The notes beneath the pieces are model-generated. The model made no database searches. It was not told the origin of the DNA and worked only from the letters and a program-made list of their open reading frames with translations. A DNA stretch of 63,097 bases, filler included, from Octopus bimaculoides (lineage: Eukaryota): assembly GCF_001194135.2 (NCBI RefSeq). It is 3 parts of 3 records of this genome, joined end to end, with 100 filler letters (N's around TTAATTAATTAA, not from the genome) between each part and the next. Parts side by side here need not be neighbours in the genome. Positions count along the whole stretch, not along the records: positions 36,215 to 63,097 come from NC_068986.1; 2 more parts are not named here. The stretch is one strand, 5' to 3'. Positions 57,971 through 63,097 of this stretch are shown piece after piece (within the stretch, counting starts at the first letter, position 1; every line of letters begins with the position of its first letter). Position numbers and translations under genes: made by a program.

Positions 57971-60055
57971 CCAATGACTATAATAATAACAATGTAAACA
58001 GTGAAGATATCACTTCTGACAATACTTCTTTAGTAACGACAATTATTCTTGTCTTTTTAACTGTTAGGATATGTGTTTTATTTTCCATTGCGGCTGAAAA
58101 AGCATAAGCTACGGTTCATCTGTTAAGAACTTAGTAAACTGTTATCCTGATTAACTGCAGTTATGCGTGTAAGAGTACCCCTCTTAAAGACTAACATAGA
58201 TGAAGTGATACTATCAAGAATGTGCGAAAAGAGATAAATCATCTTATGATTCCCTATTCTATTACACAATTAAACACATTTTTATAGTTATAACAACAGA
58301 AATCAAGGAATATGTGAACAATCTATCGTTACACTAGTTAGAAGTTACCAACAAAGAATAGACAAATGGAAGAGAAAATTAAAGTATAAATAAAGATTTA
58401 CATAACTCAGGTGACCGTATATAACTCTTCTGTAAATATCAAGAAATTGTTTACGTTATGATGCACAATGTACAAACGCGGCTGAAAACATGCGAATGCT
58501 TAAGACAAAAATATTCAGTTTATATAATGGATTAAACAGATATAGCATTCGACAAAAAAATCATCACTTTCAGAACTATGCATTTGAAAACAACCTGCAA
58601 TTAAGAATATTAAACGATAACGTCGAGCATAGCAGTGAGCTTCAATGTGGTCCTTCAATCTAACTGAAGTAACAGCCAAATTTTCCTGTACGGGCATAAA
58701 TATGATTCTAGATACGCATTAGCGGGGAAAAGAAAACCAAACATTGTGGTACCACTACAGTTAGAATATTTTTAGATCACACATCTATCTAAGCAGAATT
58801 GATTTGAATCTAATCAACAATAGCAATAAATAGATAACATTAGCAACAGCAAAAAGTAGTCGAGCAGTTATGAACGATCATTTTAGTTTATTTAAAGTAC
58901 ATACGAATCCATAGCCTGTCAATATCTGGCTGCCTAATAGAATGGAAAACAATACCAATTCTTCGTAAGATACCACATGCCACATTCCCAACTGCTAAAC
59001 TGTGAATCAACTGATAATTTGTGCAACAGAGCGATTATTCATCTAAATGGAAGCGTATGTACAAGTGTAAAGATCATCTAGAGATTATACTGGGCAGTAA
59101 CTGCAAACATCAAAAAAGGAACCCAAATATCCAAGCATGCGGTTGAATTATTCCATAACAACATTCGACAGGTTATTAATGATATCAAACATAAACTAAG
59201 TCTGTATTAATGATGTCATAAAAATTGCAAATATCAAAAGCGCTACAAAATAAAAGAGATTATATGCACCTGTTCTAATGCCATTAGATGATATCTTTAT
59301 GAGAGACACCATATCAACCATTTCTTTTGGCCTAGCTCTGATTTTATAGATAATCTGTGAACAGGAATACTAATTGTTCTATACGCTATATATTGATTAT
59401 AAACTAGATTCTCTAAATGAGTTTTTCAAATATAAACACAAGAGACAAAATACAATCACATAAACCGCGAGAACTGTATATACATTCAACATCGACATCC
59501 AACGTGTCATGAGACAAAATAAGAGTAGCAACTCTACGTTAAGAAGAAACAAATATCTTAGCACTCAACTGATGAATTTATTTTCAGACAGTTGGAATCA
59601 TAGAATTAAAAGAAAAATGCGCGCAGAGGAATTTAGAAACGTATGGAATTGATAATTTACAAAATATACAATTGCAAGAGACAAAAAAAAAGTTAGAAAC
59701 GTATATTGCAAACTACTGCAGCTTCCAGAAAATAACTTGGGAAAACCAGAAATTGCTAACGACATTTGGAATCCATTGCTATGTTCAAAGAATGGCATGA
59801 ATTTGAGTCATATATTTTAATCGGCCAACGCTACGCATTTGCTTTTTTCGCCTACATTCTCGAACAAAAATTGTTTCTTAAGAATTTGTCTTTGTATTCA
59901 AGTGGACCGTTTATAGAGATGCAAAATGATAACTTTCGAAGTGTAAATATGTCGTTGGTGATGTCTAAATTTTAATCCGAGCCCACTAATAAAAACTCAT
60001 TTCTGGAAACAATTTATTATCCGTCAATTTGCACTCGGTTAGGGACTGATTTGAG

Positions 60056-60445
60056 AAACGTTAGCATGCCGGGCGAAATGCTTAGCGGTATTTCGTCTGG
60101 TTTTACGTTCCATCAAATTCCGCCAAGGTCGACTTTCCCTTTCATCCTTTCGGGTCGTTAAATGAAATGCCAGTTATGCACTGAGGTCGATGTCATCGAC
60201 TTAATCCCTTTGTCTGTCCTTGTTTGTCCCCTCTATGTTTAGCCCTTTGTGGGCAATAAAGAAATAAGAACAGTTAGCGGTATTTCGTCCGTCTTTACGT
60301 TCTGACTTCAAATTCTGCCGAGGTCGACTTTGCCTTTCATCCTTTCGGAGTCGATAAATTAAGTACCAGTTACGTACTGGGTCGATCTAATCGACTGGAA
60401 CCGCTCCCCCAAAATTTCGGGCCTTGTGCCTAGAGTAGAAAAGAA
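60056..60445 (+). mobile_element. Tandem pair of 5'-truncated family A SINEs with different tails (60056-60268, 60274-60445)
   Basis: The first ends CCCCTCTATGTTTAGCCCTTTGTGGGCAATAAAGAAATAAG. The second ends GGGCCTTGTGCCTAGAGTAGAAAAG. Confidence 0.9.
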
Positions 60446-60699
60446 TATATGATTTTATTGCAACTGGTGAATGAAAGGTTTTCGATAGAAATTTTATACT
60501 GCCAAAATATTGTTCAACAACTGTAGTAAAATATTTATGCAGCTCGATCGAGATCTCGAAACATGGCGCGAAGGAAATATTTATGCATGAATTGCGCTTT
60601 GGTACCGATTTTTACAAGAACCAGAGAGCCACGCCGGGGCTATATCAAAAAGGAAAGCAAAAAGGATTGTTCGGTACGAAGCCCACTTGCTACACATCA

Positions 60700-62890
60700 G
60701 GTTATCAAAAGCTTTTTTATAGTCTATCCAGGTTATTGATGAGTAGCTAATCTTTACAACCATAAGATCGACGTTTACATCCCATTTGCTCATTAGGGGA
60801 TATTCCACTTTCTATTAAAAATCTATAGGTATATTCAGTAAAGACATATATTAGCGTTTTATACATTGTTGTTAAGCAGGTTATGGGTCGATAATTTTTT
60901 AATTCATTTGTTTCTTCATTTTTTGGAAGTAGGAAAGTCAAACCATTAACTAGCCAAGAGGGAATCATTCTAGGCAAAACAACGTTGTAATGTTTTGTTA
61001 CCAGTTCATGCCTCTCTGGGAAGGCATTCAACCAGAAGTTAGGAATTTTATCCTTCCTGTAGACTTCCATTTGCTTGATCTCCTGAGAGCAGATCTTATA
61101 TATTCTACGTTGACACCTTCCCACTTTTACTCCTCTAATGAGTCTAAGTCTGTAGATGTTCTATCAATCCAAGGGATCTTTTTATTGTGTGTTTTCTCTT
61201 CTGCTCAAATATTATTCCAAAATTCCTACACTTTTTCTTTTGATGGGACAGATTTTACTGTAACTGGTATTTTCTCTATCTTCCTGTTAAAACGTTTTGG
61301 GTCATTTTTCAATATGTTGTTGTTCTTCAAGAATCTAACGCGCTTTTCATACCTTGCTATGCGGGTAGCATTAGCGCATACCTTTTGCTGGATGGTTTCT
61401 ATGGTGGTATCAATGTCAAATGTGGATTTCATATATTTTTTCTTTAATTTCCGGGTTTTTGTAGGTTTGATAGTCTTGTCAAACTTAAGGTGTATCAAAC
61501 ATTCTATGTCAGACCTAAGTAGCTTAATTTAGTGTTTGATACGCTCTTCCCAAGAAGGCTTTTTATGGGAATGTTGTCGTTTTCTAATCTTTTCACCACA
61601 TAAAATCGTTGTGATTTTCTCGGGTGCATAGTAGAGGTAGCTGAGATTTGTAATATCGACATCATTAGCTGAAATTATATCCTTAAGTGCAAGGCAGATT
61701 TTCCCAATTATTTTCAGGTTTGGTTAGAATTGCGAATTTCTGGGTGAGTATCGCGTTCATTCATACTGACTTCTTTAATTTTCAGCCATTCAATCATGAT
61801 TTGATTTTTTTTAGATCATGTAGTTCTGTTGGGTCAATTTCTGTGTGACTTTCTTCACCTGTTTGATTTTCACCTGCCTTAGTGTTTATGTTTGGTTCAG
61901 AGAGTATTTCACTTTGCTCATCAGTTACATTAACTTTTTCAATCATTATTGCACTTTCATCAACCCTGGGCTGGTCTATAATTATTTCCTCAGTAGTATC
62001 TTCTTTAGCTGCAGTTTCGTTTCTTTTATCCCTTACTGATTGTATAATTTGGTCAATCTCTAATTCAGTTCGTAATTTCTTTTTCATAATGTTTCTTCTG
62101 ATGTTGGCAAGTTTGTTACGGTATATGTAGAATCTTACTTCAAGGTGTTCCTGTCTCCAGTTTAAGTAGGTTTGTACAGTATTAGAATTATCTGTGGGGA
62201 AATATATGACATGGTAGAAAGCCGTATGAACTTCTTTATTATCTCCCCTGGACCATTTTTCATTCTTTTTCTTTTGCTTATTTGATGACGAGCATTTATG
62301 GCTATCTGGCTATCTGTAGGAATATTCCGGTTGTGGAGTACTTCCAGATCCTGTGTTTCTGGAAGATTTGAACCAGTAGCTGATGAACTGTTCACTCTCT
62401 CTGTATTAGTTCGAAAAATTAAAAAAATAGATTTATTTTTTGTTTTTGTTTTTGTTTTTGCTTCATTTGTGACACGTTTTCATATGCGAAAATATGTCCT
62501 GTAAATTTCATGTAGTTGTGTAAACATTAGGATGTACGTGTAGTCCTGTGGGTATCAAAATGTATATATAATTGTGCAGACATTGGAGTGCATGCGTAAT
62601 TACTCAATTTATGTATTTACTGTTTTGTTCCATTTATATTTTATAATTTGTAAATTTTCCATTGTTGCTTTCGTGTGTGTTTCGCACATGTTTCACTGAG
62701 ACATCTTGCATAGAAGTAACTGTGCTTTGTATGACGGTAAAATTTCATTCTTGTGTTTATTTTTGTTTAGAAGACCGCTTCCTTCAAGTCTTCTACAGGT
62801 TACTTTATCCCATTCCACCGATGTTATTAGATTAGACTTGGTTTTGAATGGGGAGCCCGGTGTAGCACATCCATGTTGTTATTCTGTGGC
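60700..62890 (-). mobile_element. R4/Dong-clade LINE 5' half: putative 5' UTR, N-terminal region and RT start, truncated within RT
   Basis: Translation gives KWSRGDNKEV...NKLANIRRNIMKKK, QQKVCANATRIARYEKR, DKIPNFWL, LLPKNEETNELKNYRPITCLTTMYK, EQMGCKRRSYGCKD and WIDYKKAFD. Extending the element from ~62400 to 62890 is inferred. Confidence 0.85.
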
Positions 62891-62899
62891 TTATTATTA

Positions 62900-62946
<47 letters not shown>

Positions 62947-62960
62947 GTTGTTGTTGTTGT

Positions 62961-63078
62961 TCAGTAGTTTTATTTTTATAACGTGCTTTTACTTCACTAT
63001 TGAGCGCAGCTCTGTGTGCCTTGGGTATGTGCTGTGGTTTGCTGTGATGCTCTTATGGTTACTGTATTGAAAGTGTTT
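62961..63078 (-). mobile_element. R4/Dong 3'-terminal fragment (118 bp) between (ATT/GTT)n arrays
   Basis: Reverse complement matches 13873-13990 with 3 mismatches. Confidence 0.9.
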
Positions 63079-63097
63079 AATATTATTATTGTTGTTC

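Noticed and set aside
62760-62890. HDV-like ribozyme at the putative Dong 5' end
   Set aside because: I could not build P3/L3 or P2 by eye.

Overview
This is a eukaryotic, AT-rich, microsatellite-dense scaffold segment with many N gaps. The SINE and LINE families look like those of Octopus/cephalopod genomes; that assignment is recognition from memory, not a database search. I found no host protein-coding gene, rRNA, true tRNA or CRISPR array. Almost all interpretable sequence is decayed transposon: RTE, CR1-like, L1/Tx1 and R4/Dong LINEs, Penelope-like elements, three tRNA-derived SINE families, mariner and DD37D transposons, hAT MITEs, and Helitron Rep/helicase fragments. Most ORF-track entries are artefacts of N gaps or microsatellites. 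The most interesting signals are: (1) several hammerhead-ribozyme-like motifs in Penelope-type terminal repeats, the best folding as a nearly complete type I hammerhead at 24765-24837; (2) a Penelope RT/GIY-YIG remnant bracketed by ~290-bp inverted repeats; (3) a head-to-head tRNA-headed element carrying hammerhead halves, possibly a Penelope-mobilised SINE/retrozyme; (4) strand-specific association of R4/Dong fragments with (TAA)n; and (5) several long palindromes and unclassified MITEs. All folds and alignments were done by eye. Coordinates of decayed elements are approximate.
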